Part shown: piece by piece, positions 9,530 to 19,777 of the stretch
Layout of the letters: every line of letters begins with the position of its first letter
Position numbering within the stretch: the stretch's first letter is position 1
Assembly (NCBI GenBank): GCA_963778115.1
Contig: CAVZSV010000004.1
Coordinates: 256,001-320,000 of the forward strand
Direction: 5' to 3'
DNA length: 64,000 bases
Origin: an uncultured delta proteobacterium
Lineage (GTDB): Bacteria; Bdellovibrionota; FAC87; UBA2466
The notes under the pieces: generated by a model
What the model was told of the DNA's origin: nothing
The model's database searches: none
The model's input: only the letters and a program-made list of their open reading frames with translations
Made by a program: the position numbers and the translations under genes

Positions 9530-10540
9530 ATGAAGACCGCCAATGCCCATAAAGCCATCGCCTTGTTGTCGGGGGGACTCGATAGTCTTTTGGCGGCGAA
9601 GATAGTCAAGGACGCTGGTATCGACGTGATTGGACTTCACCTACTCTCCCCTTTTGGCTGTCGAGAAGACGTGAAAAAAGTCGCCGAAACGGTAGGAATT
9701 CCTCTGATCATTAAGGACAAGGGTGAAGCCTATCTCGAGCTCGTTAAAAAGCCCAAGTATGGATACGGAAGTGCGATGAATCCTTGCATCGACTGCCGAA
9801 TCTACATGTTCCAGATGGCGGAGATTGTGATGGAGGATGAGGGGGCCCAGTTCATCATCACAGGAGAGGTTTTAGGACAACGGCCGATGTCCCAACAGAG
9901 AACCTCTATCGACCTTATCGATCGTAAGAGCGGAATCGAAGATCGTATCTTGCGTCCCTTATCCGCTCATCTTTTTGAGCCTAGCCTTCCCGAACGCGAG
10001 GGCTGGATCGATAGAAAGTCTCTTTTTGCGATGAGCGGACGAACTAGAAAAGAGCAACTTGCTCTTGTCGAAAAGTATGGCATTACCGCCTATTCTGCTC
10101 CTGGAGGAGGGTGCCTTCTTACTGAGACCAGCTTTTCGAGTCGGCTTAAAGATTTTTACACCCACGAGCATCATGAAAACGCCGATGAACGAATGGTACA
10201 AAGCGAACTACTGCGGTTCGGTCGGCACTTTCGAATCTCTGAGAAGACCAAAGTGATCGTGGCCAGAAATCAGCAAGAAAATGGAGAGCTCGAATCCCGT
10301 TGGAATCGAGCTCGAGGAGTGCTCTTTGTCCCGGTAGAAAATAATGGCCCAAGTGCTATCTTACTGGGATCGTTTGGCGAGACGGAAAAGAGCCTGGTCG
10401 GCGAACTCATTGCCCGTTACAGCAAAGGCAAAGGGGCCTCGCAAAATACAGAGATCCATTTTGAGACTAAATCGATGTCGGGAAATTTTGTGGTGACCCA
10501 ACCGATGTCGGAGGAAAGACTTGAGGCGTACCGATTATGA
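9530..10540 (+). CDS. PP-loop tRNA thiolation-type enzyme (ThiI/MnmA-like, DUF814-associated family)
   Basis: SGGLDS PP-loop, NPCIDCR, GEVLGQRPMSQ, PGGGCLLT, GRHFR. Confidence 0.8.
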   Translation: MKTANAHKAIALLSGGLDSLLAAKIVKDAGIDVIGLHLLSPFGCREDVKKVAETVGIPLIIKDKGEAYLELVKKPKYGYGSAMNPCIDCRIYMFQMAEIVMEDEGAQFIITGEVLGQRPMSQQRTSIDLIDRKSGIEDRILRPLSAHLFEPSLPEREGWIDRKSLFAMSGRTRKEQLALVEKYGITAYSAPGGGCLLTETSFSSRLKDFYTHEHHENADERMVQSELLRFGRHFRISEKTKVIVARNQQENGELESRWNRARGVLFVPVENNGPSAILLGSFGETEKSLVGELIARYSKGKGASQNTEIHFETKSMSGNFVVTQPMSEERLEAYRL

Positions 10541-11220
10541 ACCATGATCTAAAGAAAGTTATTGTCGCTCTGGACTATGAATACCCCGAACAGGCTTTCC
10601 GACTGGTCGAGGAGGTAGGCGAGGTTATTGAATGGTTTAAGATCGGGCCCATGCTTTTCACCCGTTCCGGCGAAGAGGTTATCAACTTCTTACACAGGCG
10701 ATCCAAGAAAATATTCTTAGATCTGAAACTCCACGACACTCCGACCGTCGTTGCCAATACGGTGAAACAGATAGCGGACTTGGGAGTCTCTCTTACGACC
10801 GTTCATTGTTTAGGAGGACGGGCGATGCTCGATGCCGCTGGAACACACTGCCGAGGATCCCAACTTAAGCTTCTAGGAGTTACCCTTCTCACCAGTCAAA
10901 AAGCTAGCGATTTGGGAAGCCAAAGAACGGAATCGGAAATTGTTATCGATCTGGTAAAGCTCGCCGTTGAAACAAGGCTTACTGGAATCATCTGCTCTCC
11001 TCACGAATTGACCGATGTGAAAAAACACGTTCTACCCGGATTTGTTCTAGTCACGCCGGGCATCCGACTTCCTGAAGAGGAAGTGTTTATGGATGATCAG
11101 CAAAGATTTGCCTCTCCCAAACAGGCGCTCGAATGGGGAGCCGATTATTTAGTGGTCGGCCGTCCGATTACCCAAGCGCGCGAGCCACGCGAAGTGATAG
11201 GCCGGTTATTTCGGGCATGA
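10537..11220 (+). CDS. pyrF: Orotidine-5'-phosphate decarboxylase
   Basis: IVALD, FLDLKLHDTPTVV, GVTLLTS, VTPGIR, VVGRPI. Confidence 0.95.
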   Translation: MNHDLKKVIVALDYEYPEQAFRLVEEVGEVIEWFKIGPMLFTRSGEEVINFLHRRSKKIFLDLKLHDTPTVVANTVKQIADLGVSLTTVHCLGGRAMLDAAGTHCRGSQLKLLGVTLLTSQKASDLGSQRTESEIVIDLVKLAVETRLTGIICSPHELTDVKKHVLPGFVLVTPGIRLPEEEVFMDDQQRFASPKQALEWGADYLVVGRPITQAREPREVIGRLFRA

Positions 11221-11993
11221 GACCGCCGCCACACGACCGTTTTAACCGCGATAGCCTTGAGACTACCTCTTTAAGTGCTATCGAACATCTATTGGCCCAG
11301 CGCCCACAAAGGTTACGCAAGATCGTAGTTTCGGCTTCCGCGGAAGAGAGAAATTCAAGGATTGCAGAAATGTGCGCCACCGCCAAAGCCAAAGGGATTC
11401 TCGTAGACCGATCACCCGGTGGAAGAGAGACGGAAACGGTGCGAGCCTTACTTTCTCCTTTCGAATACGGAACGCTCCCGGCACTGATGAAAAGGCTTTC
11501 GCAACAAAAACGAGTCGTTCTATTAGCGCTAGACCACTTGCAAGATCCGCAAAACTTCGGCGCTCTAGCCCGTTCCGCCGAAGCTTTAGGGGCTTCAGCC
11601 ATTCTGATCCCCAAAGATCGCGGAGTCACGGTAACTTCCGGCGTTTATAACGCTTCGGTGGGGGCGATCGATACCCTTCCCATCGTCATGGTGACTAACT
11701 TGGGCGAGGCTTTGAGGAAACTAAAAGACGAGCGCTTTTGGATAGTGGGTACGGCTATCGGTAAGAATTCGACACCCCCCTGGGAAACCCCCGACTTTGA
11801 ACGGGTAGTCATCGTATTGGGAACCGAGCTTGAGGGGATTAGTCCTGGGATCGAAAAGCTCTGTGATTGGCAGGTCGAAATCCCCTTACGCGGAAGTGTC
11901 CAATCGCTCAATGTGAGTGTCGCAGGAGCGCTATTAATGTACCACTTTTGTGGGATCCGGCCAGACAAGAGGACTGACAAGGGGAATCCTTAG
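11217..11993 (+). CDS. rlmB: 23S rRNA (guanosine-2251-2'-O)-methyltransferase, SpoU/TrmH family
   Basis: LDHLQDPQNFGALARSA, VLGTELEG, IPLRGSVQSLNVSVA; ATGA overlap with the pyrF stop. Confidence 0.88.
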   Translation: MRPPPHDRFNRDSLETTSLSAIEHLLAQRPQRLRKIVVSASAEERNSRIAEMCATAKAKGILVDRSPGGRETETVRALLSPFEYGTLPALMKRLSQQKRVVLLALDHLQDPQNFGALARSAEALGASAILIPKDRGVTVTSGVYNASVGAIDTLPIVMVTNLGEALRKLKDERFWIVGTAIGKNSTPPWETPDFERVVIVLGTELEGISPGIEKLCDWQVEIPLRGSVQSLNVSVAGALLMYHFCGIRPDKRTDKGNP

Positions 11994-12084
11994 CAAATGC
12001 CGCCGCCTATTCGTCCCCTATTCGGTTTCAGGGCCAATTTCCAGTTGCCACTTAGGGAATTTCTCAATAGCTTTACACGATTAG

Positions 12085-12156
12085 GCCGGCGTAGCTCAGT
12101 GGTAGAGCAGCTGATTTGTAATCAGCAGGTCGCAGGTTCAAATCCCGTCGCCGGCT
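12085..12156 (+). tRNA. tRNA-Thr (anticodon TGT), CCA not encoded
   Basis: Acceptor GCCGGCG/CGCCGGC, D-arm GCTCAGTGGTAGAGC, anticodon arm GCTGA-TTTGTAA-TCAGC, T-loop GGTTCAAATCC. Confidence 0.95.
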
Positions 12157-12180
12157 CTGCTGCGGCCATGACTTTTCTGA

Positions 12181-12262
12181 GGACAGGTACCCAAGCGGCC
12201 AAAGGGATCAGACTGTAAATCTGACGGCTCTGCCTTCGGAGGTTCGAATCCTCCCCTGTCCA
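12181..12262 (+). tRNA. tRNA-Tyr (anticodon GTA), CCA not encoded
   Basis: Acceptor GGACAGG/CCTGTCC, anticodon arm TCAGA-CTGTAAA-TCTGA, long variable arm, GGTTCGAATCC. Confidence 0.95.
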
Positions 12263-12288
12263 TTCATTTTCGCAACGCGAAAATGAAT
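12262..12288. terminator. 12-bp perfect hairpin immediately after tRNA-Tyr (possible terminator or processing stem)
   Basis: ATTCATTTTCGC-AAC-GCGAAAATGAAT; no U-tract follows. Confidence 0.45.
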
Positions 12289-12297
12289 CCTCAACGA

Positions 12298-12492
12298 TAA
12301 ATCTTAAGATTAATCTTAAGACTAATCTTAACCTAATCCCGGCGTAGAAGGTGTAAGGCTACCAACACCATGGCCGATGATCCAATTTTGCCTTGGCTTT
12401 GCTTCATATAGTGAATTAGAGCATTTCGCTATTGTCGAAATCTCCGAGACTGCGAAATTTAATCTTACTCTTAATTTTAATTTTAAGATTAA
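12298..12492. repeat. Two AT-rich hexamer repeat tracts (AATCTT/AAGATT type) forming an imperfect inverted repeat around about 120 bp
   Basis: AATCTTAAGATTAATCTTAAGACTAATCTTAA at ~12300-12331 and TTAATCTTACTCTTAATTTTAATTTTAAGATTAAT at ~12459-12493. Confidence 0.6.
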
Positions 12493-13325
12493 TCCTTAAT
12501 AGAGAGTAAGTAACCCACCACCTGATCGGCGATCGCTTTCCAAAGGGCGGGATCTCTGCCGATCTCTTTATGGAAATCATTCATAAAGGGGTTCACGACG
12601 GGAACGCGGATTTTTTGATTTGCGACGGTATTCGAAGCTTCGGCGTAAGGGCCTGAATGGAGGATGTAAAATTGCGATTGATAGAAATGGAGCCAATGGC
12701 CAGCGCGGTTGCGGATGTTTTTTCTCTCATCGGAAGCAACATCACTCGGGGCTTCCTTACAACCACGGTTATCCTCGGACGAAATAAAGCTTTCCGGAGT
12801 GCAATCTAGCGGGCTTATCGGATCTAGCGTGATTAGTTCCAAGAAGCTAAGCCCTTCTCTCAATTTAAGAGCTAGCTTCATCGCCAGCCATCCTCCATAC
12901 GAATGGCCAACGACGTAGATACGATCGCTTTTGGTCTGCTGTGCGACATCATCCACATATTTCGACAGCGAAACGATGGCGTCGCGAAAGGGAGGCTGAA
13001 AAGCAACCTCTTCGATAGGATTATCGGAAGCCGCCTTGGCAGAGGATGACATTCGAAGCATGAGATCTTGCTGGACAGGCTCTATCTCACCATTGACGCA
13101 AGCCTCGACATATTCGAAAGGATGGCCCGCTTTTAAGACGGCATCTCTAAGAATAGAGTATGCCGAATTATTGCTCGTACTCAGAACTAGAGGATCGTTG
13201 GCTATGGGAGTATTACAACTGTGATAGCCCGAAATCAAAACATACAGCGGTTCGGATATTCCGTAAGGGGAAAGGCTAGCCGCCACAAAAAATAGAAGTG
13301 TCTTGAATTTCATTAATCCCCCCAT
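12489..13325 (-). CDS. Secreted alpha/beta-hydrolase fold protein
   Basis: GHSYGG nucleophile elbow, LITLDPI, signal peptide. Confidence 0.75.
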   Translation of the reverse strand: MGGLMKFKTLLFFVAASLSPYGISEPLYVLISGYHSCNTPIANDPLVLSTSNNSAYSILRDAVLKAGHPFEYVEACVNGEIEPVQQDLMLRMSSSAKAASDNPIEEVAFQPPFRDAIVSLSKYVDDVAQQTKSDRIYVVGHSYGGWLAMKLALKLREGLSFLELITLDPISPLDCTPESFISSEDNRGCKEAPSDVASDERKNIRNRAGHWLHFYQSQFYILHSGPYAEASNTVANQKIRVPVVNPFMNDFHKEIGRDPALWKAIADQVVGYLLSIKD

Positions 13326-13388
13326 TTCCGCAGCTTCTTATTTGTGCCGGAGCAGTGACGCCGCGTCAACAGAGGGAAATTTTTCTTT

Positions 13389-14630
13389 CTAGGGGGCCTC
13401 GATGCGATAGATTAGTCCGCTTGCGAGATCGGAAATGTAGACTCTTCCTTGGCTGTCTCTACCAAAAGTCGAAGGCGTAATCGGCCATCTTCCTAAACTA
13501 AAGTAGTCGGTACTTCCCAATTCGTCCGTTGCCACGTCAGGTAATTGAGCTGCCCAGATCTTGCCGCTACCGAAGTCTGCAAAGAGATACTTCCCTTTAA
13601 GATCAGCGAGGCTCTGGTCCCTGGCGACGACACCTCCGATGATAGCGCTCCCGCCATTATCGGGGTCTCCCTCTTCATGTCCGTACTCAACGACCGGAAA
13701 TTGATGCAGGCGGCGTTCCGTTTCGCAGGCTTCGTTAGACTTAAAGCAGTGGCGCCCTTCGAAAATATTCCAGCCGTAATCCTGCCCCTTTTGAACAATA
13801 TCGACCTCTTCAAAGAGATCCTGGCCGACATCGCCCACAATAAGGCGATTGTTATCATCGAAAGCAAAGCGCCAGGGGTTTCTAAATCCCGACGCAAATA
13901 TTTCGGGAAGCACTTGTGAATTTCGAGCGAAGGGATTGTCCGAGGGAATTGCATAATTCTTTCCCTGATCCGTGTGATCCACATCGATACGCAAAATCTT
14001 TCCGAGGAGGACCTTCTTGTTTTGTCCGTTCTTATGAGGGTCGCCGGCCGAGCCCCCGTCTCCAAAGCCAGCGTACAACATTCCGTCCGCACCAAATACC
14101 AGCTGACCCGACTTGTGGTTCTGAAACGGCTGCTCCTGACGAATAAGAACTTTATTTTCCTTAGGAGCAGATGAAGTAACATCCGAACCGGGTTCGATAC
14201 TCCATTCAGCGATGTGAGTCGTGTCATTACCGTTATCACTCACAACATAATCGATATAAAACTTACCATTCTTTTGAAACTGGGGATGAAAGGCTAGGCC
14301 TAGTAGCCCTTCTTCGACTTTGGTCAACACCTGTTGGGTAAACCACACGCCCTGTTTGCCTTGTTCGATATCAAACCAGCGTGCTTTGCCCGCCTTTTCC
14401 AACACGATAACTAGGTCAGGTTTTCCGGGAACAAATTGAATATCGGTGGGATTAGAAACCCCCGCGATTACTTTGGAAAGAACCACATCAAGATGTTTAC
14501 GCTTAAGATCCAGACCGTCGAAAGTAGGATTCGTCAATTTATCGGGGATGGCAAAAGAGCGGGACCCCACTATCACCAGAATAAGAAACGAAAAGAGAAG
14601 GCCAAAAGAACGAGTCGCCCGCCACGTCAT
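13389..14630 (-). CDS. PQQ-dependent glucose/sorbosone dehydrogenase (beta-propeller), secreted
   Basis: EEGLLGLAFHPQF, NHKSGQLVFGADGMLY, GDGG, GKILRID, GFRNPWR, GDVGQ, YGW. Confidence 0.9.
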   Translation of the reverse strand: MTWRATRSFGLLFSFLILVIVGSRSFAIPDKLTNPTFDGLDLKRKHLDVVLSKVIAGVSNPTDIQFVPGKPDLVIVLEKAGKARWFDIEQGKQGVWFTQQVLTKVEEGLLGLAFHPQFQKNGKFYIDYVVSDNGNDTTHIAEWSIEPGSDVTSSAPKENKVLIRQEQPFQNHKSGQLVFGADGMLYAGFGDGGSAGDPHKNGQNKKVLLGKILRIDVDHTDQGKNYAIPSDNPFARNSQVLPEIFASGFRNPWRFAFDDNNRLIVGDVGQDLFEEVDIVQKGQDYGWNIFEGRHCFKSNEACETERRLHQFPVVEYGHEEGDPDNGGSAIIGGVVARDQSLADLKGKYLFADFGSGKIWAAQLPDVATDELGSTDYFSLGRWPITPSTFGRDSQGRVYISDLASGLIYRIEAP

Positions 14631-14931
14631 AGATAAACTCCTTTTTCAGCCCTCGCGACATGGTTAGCGCGTCAAATAGAACGGGTCAACTTCCATTTCA
14701 CGGTTCTGTCGAATCGGGAGAAGGAGCTAAAGACTACTATGGCGAGACCACAATCGTGGCAGGCGGAGTATCCCCAATGGGGGACGAAGAGTTGAAAATG
14801 GTTATCGAAGCATCCTCTAACTTTCCATCAGAACGGTGACACCCGTTCCCACGGTGACCGTGTCGCAGTCCATAATTCCTTCATATTTGCGCGGTATCGT
14901 CTGAGTTAATACTGCGGGCGGGACGTGTGTC

Positions 14932-17616
14932 ATGAATCTGGGGTATCGATCGCTTCTTCTCTCAGTTCTTTCAATTACCTTAATTTTAACCCTTTTTAAT
15001 CTGGTTCGTTTTTCCGCTTCCGCTCATGCCGAAGGGGCAACGACTCCGGGTTCCACCCTGACGGGTGCCATCGATGGGTCCAGTGCGAGACCCAATTTAG
15101 GCGTCTTTGTCCCAGGCGAAACAGTAACACTTTCTTTCACGGCCACGAATGCGTCTGCAGAGACGCTAACGATCACTACCAATGATGTGCACGGCGATTC
15201 CGTAGACAGCCAAACGTTCACGGTACCCCAAGCGGCCTCTGCTTGGACAACGACAATGCGCGCCTACAATGGGAAGTTAGGTTTTTTTCGTGTCTACGGA
15301 CAACTAAGTGACGGAACCACCATATCCCCTCAGTTTTCACTCTCCCCCAAGAACACGGACGGCTCTGCCGCTCAAGCGTTCATCACGTACGCCATCGTAC
15401 CCAATCCTTCAGGTCGAATTAAAACGCTTGCGCAGAACCAATCTTTCTTCGCCGCGTGGAACACAAATCCCTCGTTGGGTTCGGACATCGCGGCCCTGAT
15501 GGGATGGAGATGGATGAAAGACCCCGACAATTGGACATGGGGTATTCGAGCCAAACACGGAATACTGCCCACCAACGCCCCTTCGCCTTTTTTCAATACG
15601 ACACCGGCAAATACCTTCACGGTATCAGAAGCGGCAAACAGCCCCACGTGGAATATATATACCTATCCCAATCTTTTGATGCCCCATAACTATCAGTCGG
15701 AACCCACCTCTGACGTTTATTCACCGGCGATGAATGGAACCTCAATGGGAAATCTGACACCGACGGGCAGTAGCGATTTCTCTAATTTCGTAAGCAATGT
15801 CGCTCAATATTGGCCACAAACCTATCCCAACCAGGCTCAAAATGGAGGCACCTATTTCGAAGTGACGTGGGAGCCCCAAACGCCTTGGGGTTACACAGGG
15901 AGCGCGGCAAACTTAGTCAATGTCTACCAACTGGCAAGCCAGGCGATGCACCCTACACCGACCACTAACCCGTCATACTTGGTAACCGGGCCAACCCTTT
16001 TTATCGATACGATCGCAGGCCTTAAGTATCAATATGGGCTATTAAAGGCGGGACTTGCTCAATATCTAGATGCTTTCTCCTCGCATCCCTATATGGAGAA
16101 TGACAGCAATTGGGATGTCTTTTTGGAACCCGAATTTTCCGGACAACCTTCAAATATAGATTCGATGAAATACCTTCTCACCCAACTCAAGGGCGGCCCC
16201 ATTCCGATGATAGGATCTGAGCAAGGATACCGAACGCGTCAATACGTGTCGGGAGATCCTAACGAGCCCACTAAATTTCCAAGTGAACTAAGCCAAGCGC
16301 AGAGACTGGTGCGCTCCAATCTGATTCTTCTGGGAGAGGGTTGGAAACAGAATTTAGCGTTCTACCAGAACGATTTCTATTACTACGACGCTATGCAAAA
16401 AACCCCCACCTACCAGTGGGACTGGGGTTTTTTCTACAACATTGCCCCTCCCGTGATGCCGGGTACCGTCGTCAACTATGCAACTTCAGTCCGGCAGCCG
16501 GATGGAACTACGCTTTATACCAACGCCACCATAAAACAACCGTCGGGCTATGAGTACCAGCTGAATCCAGTGCTCAGCGCTCCGAACGGCACCCTACTCA
16601 ATCACTTCACAGCGACGAAGGTGCTTCCCAAACCCGTGGTCGCAGCCTACGCCGCTATGACCTACCTTCTTGAAGGACGCCAGTCGGTAAATAACGTCAA
16701 TTGGCTCAGTGACACGACTCGCGGATATGTTTACGAGAGCTATACCAACACCAACGATGATCTGTTGGCACTTTGGGATGTGAGCGGACAACCGGTTACG
16801 CTTACCCTTAAGAATGGGCGCGCAAGTACTTCCGTCACCGTTTATGACTGGATGGGAAACAGCCAAACGGTTCCCGTGACGAACGGGCAATTTTCCGTCA
16901 CGGTCGGACTCGAGCCTATCTATATTAAAGGAATGGCAGCATGGATGTGGGGTTCAAAACGCCTCTTCACCAACGTCGCCCTCAATCAAAAGGTTACGAC
17001 GACCGGTAGCACGGCATGGTGGGATCCGATTACCCAGGCGAACGTTGAGATGAGCGGTTCCAACGCTGTCGACGGATACCCTTGGGCCATGGAGAGCCGC
17101 TGGCTTACTCCGGCAAACTCCGCAGCAAAGGTATTGCAAGTCACTTTCAGTCGCCCCCAGACGATAAATGAGATTCGCTTTTTCACCGGAGCCTATGCAC
17201 CGACCAAGGGTTTGAACGTCTATAACGCTTATCTTCCCTCTTATCACTTGCAGACGCTGAACGGGAACCAATGGCTGGACATTGTCTATCGCACGAATAA
17301 TACGAAAGCCGTAGTGGACGAGACCTTTGCTTCCCTTTCGACGACCTCAGTTAGACTTCTAGTCGACCCAGGAGATAACCAGCAGTTTAACTTAGAGACG
17401 CAACAATACAGTAACCAGATTAGCCTCTATGAATTTCAAGCTATCTCACCGTCAACCAATCCAGTCATCACCGCGCATCCGATGGGCCAGACTGTAAATG
17501 CCACTACCGCTCTTAATGTAACAGCGGCTGCAACGAGTGCCGAAGGCGTGAATTACCAAAGGCGTAAGTCAGCTCTCGCTACCGGGACCCTACTTCGAGT
17601 GCCAATGGCGAATTAA
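14932..17616 (+). CDS. Large secreted glycoside-hydrolase-like protein (clan GH-A/GH39-like barrel, discoidin F5/8-like domain, disrupted Ig tail)
   Basis: Signal peptide; EVTWEP and GSEQGY putative acid/base and nucleophile Glu; HPY; NVALNQKVT...NAVDG...SRW discoidin-like module; PVITAHP Ig start. Confidence 0.6.
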   Translation: MNLGYRSLLLSVLSITLILTLFNLVRFSASAHAEGATTPGSTLTGAIDGSSARPNLGVFVPGETVTLSFTATNASAETLTITTNDVHGDSVDSQTFTVPQAASAWTTTMRAYNGKLGFFRVYGQLSDGTTISPQFSLSPKNTDGSAAQAFITYAIVPNPSGRIKTLAQNQSFFAAWNTNPSLGSDIAALMGWRWMKDPDNWTWGIRAKHGILPTNAPSPFFNTTPANTFTVSEAANSPTWNIYTYPNLLMPHNYQSEPTSDVYSPAMNGTSMGNLTPTGSSDFSNFVSNVAQYWPQTYPNQAQNGGTYFEVTWEPQTPWGYTGSAANLVNVYQLASQAMHPTPTTNPSYLVTGPTLFIDTIAGLKYQYGLLKAGLAQYLDAFSSHPYMENDSNWDVFLEPEFSGQPSNIDSMKYLLTQLKGGPIPMIGSEQGYRTRQYVSGDPNEPTKFPSELSQAQRLVRSNLILLGEGWKQNLAFYQNDFYYYDAMQKTPTYQWDWGFFYNIAPPVMPGTVVNYATSVRQPDGTTLYTNATIKQPSGYEYQLNPVLSAPNGTLLNHFTATKVLPKPVVAAYAAMTYLLEGRQSVNNVNWLSDTTRGYVYESYTNTNDDLLALWDVSGQPVTLTLKNGRASTSVTVYDWMGNSQTVPVTNGQFSVTVGLEPIYIKGMAAWMWGSKRLFTNVALNQKVTTTGSTAWWDPITQANVEMSGSNAVDGYPWAMESRWLTPANSAAKVLQVTFSRPQTINEIRFFTGAYAPTKGLNVYNAYLPSYHLQTLNGNQWLDIVYRTNNTKAVVDETFASLSTTSVRLLVDPGDNQQFNLETQQYSNQISLYEFQAISPSTNPVITAHPMGQTVNATTALNVTAAATSAEGVNYQRRKSALATGTLLRVPMAN

Positions 17617-17758
17617 CGGCAAGGCTGTGATAGGAGCCACTACGCCCACGGCGACTCTGACGGCCCCCACGAAACCGGGAACATACCTCATCTCGGTGGG
17701 AGCAAGCGATAGTGCCGGTTGGACACCGAGTAATAACGTTACTCTCAACGTTAAATAG
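17552..17758 (+). pseudogene. Out-of-frame Ig-like domain remnant belonging to the upstream gene
   Basis: The +1 frame reads ...PYFECQWRINGKAVIGATTPTATLTAPTKPGTYLISVGASDSAGWTPSNNVTLNVK*, with no own start or RBS. Confidence 0.65.
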
Positions 17759-17932
17759 CAGCGTCATCAAAAACTACCGGCGTCGCCTCTCGTCATGGCA
17801 AGAGGACATCCCCATTCCGTTTTGGGTTAGGAGGCACTTCATTTGCGGCCCTCGTTTTCGACGTCTTTGGACGCGCCACCTGGTTCTTCTAAATCTCTCC
17901 TAAAAAGCGCCTTTGTTTGCTATACGTCTCTC

Positions 17933-18670
17933 ATGCCCATTCGAATCAAGAAATCTATTTCATTGTGGCTTGTCTTAGTCGCTTTCCTGCTTTCCTCCTT
18001 TTCTCAGGCAAAGGACGGGTGGGCTTTCCGCTGCGCGGTTAAGGTGGCAGCCCTGGGTGTCGCGTTTGTCTCTGGTATCGCCGTACACGATCTAGGCGAT
18101 GGAAGACGGGACATGGAACGGGTCCAAAACCTCTCTATTCCGAAAAAGGATGACCCAAACACCGTTTATCTGAGAGGCTACGAGTCTTATACGATAAATC
18201 CAGATGGAATTTTTCATTCCACCGGGGCTTATGTCCCAGATTCCCACGGCAGTATTGCGATAGCAGGGCTGCAAAATCATTTGGTTCGCATCGAAACCCA
18301 CGGAGGTCTCTCCATTTATGTCCCCCATCACCAAGCATGGGTTCGTCTTCACGATCGACCGGTAACCGCTATCGCTTCGCTCCCCAATACGCTGATAGCT
18401 ATCGAACAGGGGGGAAAGCTCTTAGCTTTGCACCTTAACCCAGGAGTACAACTGAGTTTCGCGGGACCCCACGGGTATGGTGACGGCGTCAGACTCAAAA
18501 TGCTTCCCGTTCTCAGTAATATCCATGCCAAGAGCCTAAAACGGATTTTCCCTTCCAATAATTTCGAGACCGCATTCATCGGGGTGAAAACGGATAGCGC
18601 TTCTTACGCCATTCTTGACGACGGCACTTACCTTGAAGTGAACGGGGATATAGAACACTTCGTACCGTGA
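17933..18670 (+). CDS. Hypothetical secreted protein
   Basis: ATG 17933, signal peptide ending SFSQA; no recognised domain. Confidence 0.6.
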   Translation: MPIRIKKSISLWLVLVAFLLSSFSQAKDGWAFRCAVKVAALGVAFVSGIAVHDLGDGRRDMERVQNLSIPKKDDPNTVYLRGYESYTINPDGIFHSTGAYVPDSHGSIAIAGLQNHLVRIETHGGLSIYVPHHQAWVRLHDRPVTAIASLPNTLIAIEQGGKLLALHLNPGVQLSFAGPHGYGDGVRLKMLPVLSNIHAKSLKRIFPSNNFETAFIGVKTDSASYAILDDGTYLEVNGDIEHFVP

Positions 18671-18693
18671 ACAAACCATGGTAAGTAACGAGC

Positions 18694-19590
18694 ATGCTTG
18701 ATCCTCTATTAAAGAGAGAATGGCGCCGGCGCGCTACCAAGATATTTAGAGACTGCGTCTCATCTTTTGGTTCAGTCCTCCCACGAGATACCAAACTTTC
18801 GCTTGCCCGCAGGTCGACCAAGTTTGGCCACCTCCTGGTCAAAGACGGTGATTTTATTCTTCCTGACTATCTGGACTCTTTTCGGGTGAACATCAACGTT
18901 AAGTACACGGCCGAAAGAGTGATGCTTACGGGAGTCTACGAGGCAGATCTGTGGTGGACCATCCGTAACCATGTTTCGCCGGGCGATGTCTGCATCGACA
19001 TCGGAGCTAACGTCGGAGCGGTTAGTCTTTTTCTGGCGAAGATGGTGGGGGATGGAGGAAGGGTTTTGTGTTTTGAACCCGGCCCCAGCTACTTTCAGCG
19101 GCTGCAAAAAAATATCGAGCTTAATCCTCAGATTCAAGATCGGATCGAAGTGTTTAATCTAGGACTCGCCGATAAGCGCGGTACCCTGCATTGGGCGGAG
19201 GACCCGGATTTTCCCGGCAACGCTTTCATGTTCGGAGATGAAGGAACGGTTTTGGACGTGGTTCGTTTGGACAATCTGTTGGCCTGTAAATTAGAGAGCT
19301 TGAATTTTATCAAGATAGATGTCGAAGGAATGGAGTTTGAGGTCTTAAAGGGAGCACAGGAAATCATCGCTAAATTTAAGCCAAAGATCTTCTTCGAAAC
19401 GAGCATGGAATTCGAACAGTATCGCAACGCCCCCATTCGAAAACAGGCCTCCGAATGGCTCAAAGGCCTTGGCTATACTTTATTTAGAGTCACCGAATCC
19501 AAAACGCTGAAAAAGGTGGAGTACCCGAACTTCTCACAAAATACGCTGGCACTTGCGCAAGGCCCGTCTCAGATTCTAGAAAGTCGTTAG
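18694..19590 (+). CDS. FkbM-family methyltransferase
   Basis: IDIGANVG, FEP, FIKIDVEGMEFEVLKGA. Confidence 0.88.
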   Translation: MLDPLLKREWRRRATKIFRDCVSSFGSVLPRDTKLSLARRSTKFGHLLVKDGDFILPDYLDSFRVNINVKYTAERVMLTGVYEADLWWTIRNHVSPGDVCIDIGANVGAVSLFLAKMVGDGGRVLCFEPGPSYFQRLQKNIELNPQIQDRIEVFNLGLADKRGTLHWAEDPDFPGNAFMFGDEGTVLDVVRLDNLLACKLESLNFIKIDVEGMEFEVLKGAQEIIAKFKPKIFFETSMEFEQYRNAPIRKQASEWLKGLGYTLFRVTESKTLKKVEYPNFSQNTLALAQGPSQILESR

Positions 19591-19777
19591 CCCTTCATTG
19601 GTAGCGATCGGGCTTAAAACCCCCCTGTCAAAAAGCCGGCCCTACTTTACGAAACAGTCCTAGGAAGTTAGCCGCCCTGTTTTCCCCCCTGCCCAAAGCT
19701 TCGCCAGATTTCAAACTGAATCATTCAACAAATCCTGTTATTTAGACTAGTTACCGAGGTGTATTCTCACCGTATTC

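Noticed and set aside
12298..12492. CRISPR array
   Set aside because: Low-complexity hexamer tracts without a repeat-spacer period; no cas genes
14832..14866. ACGGTGAC direct repeat and CACGGT-G-ACCGTG palindrome in a divergent promoter region
   Set aside because: Too short and single-copy to call; no adjacent regulator to link it to
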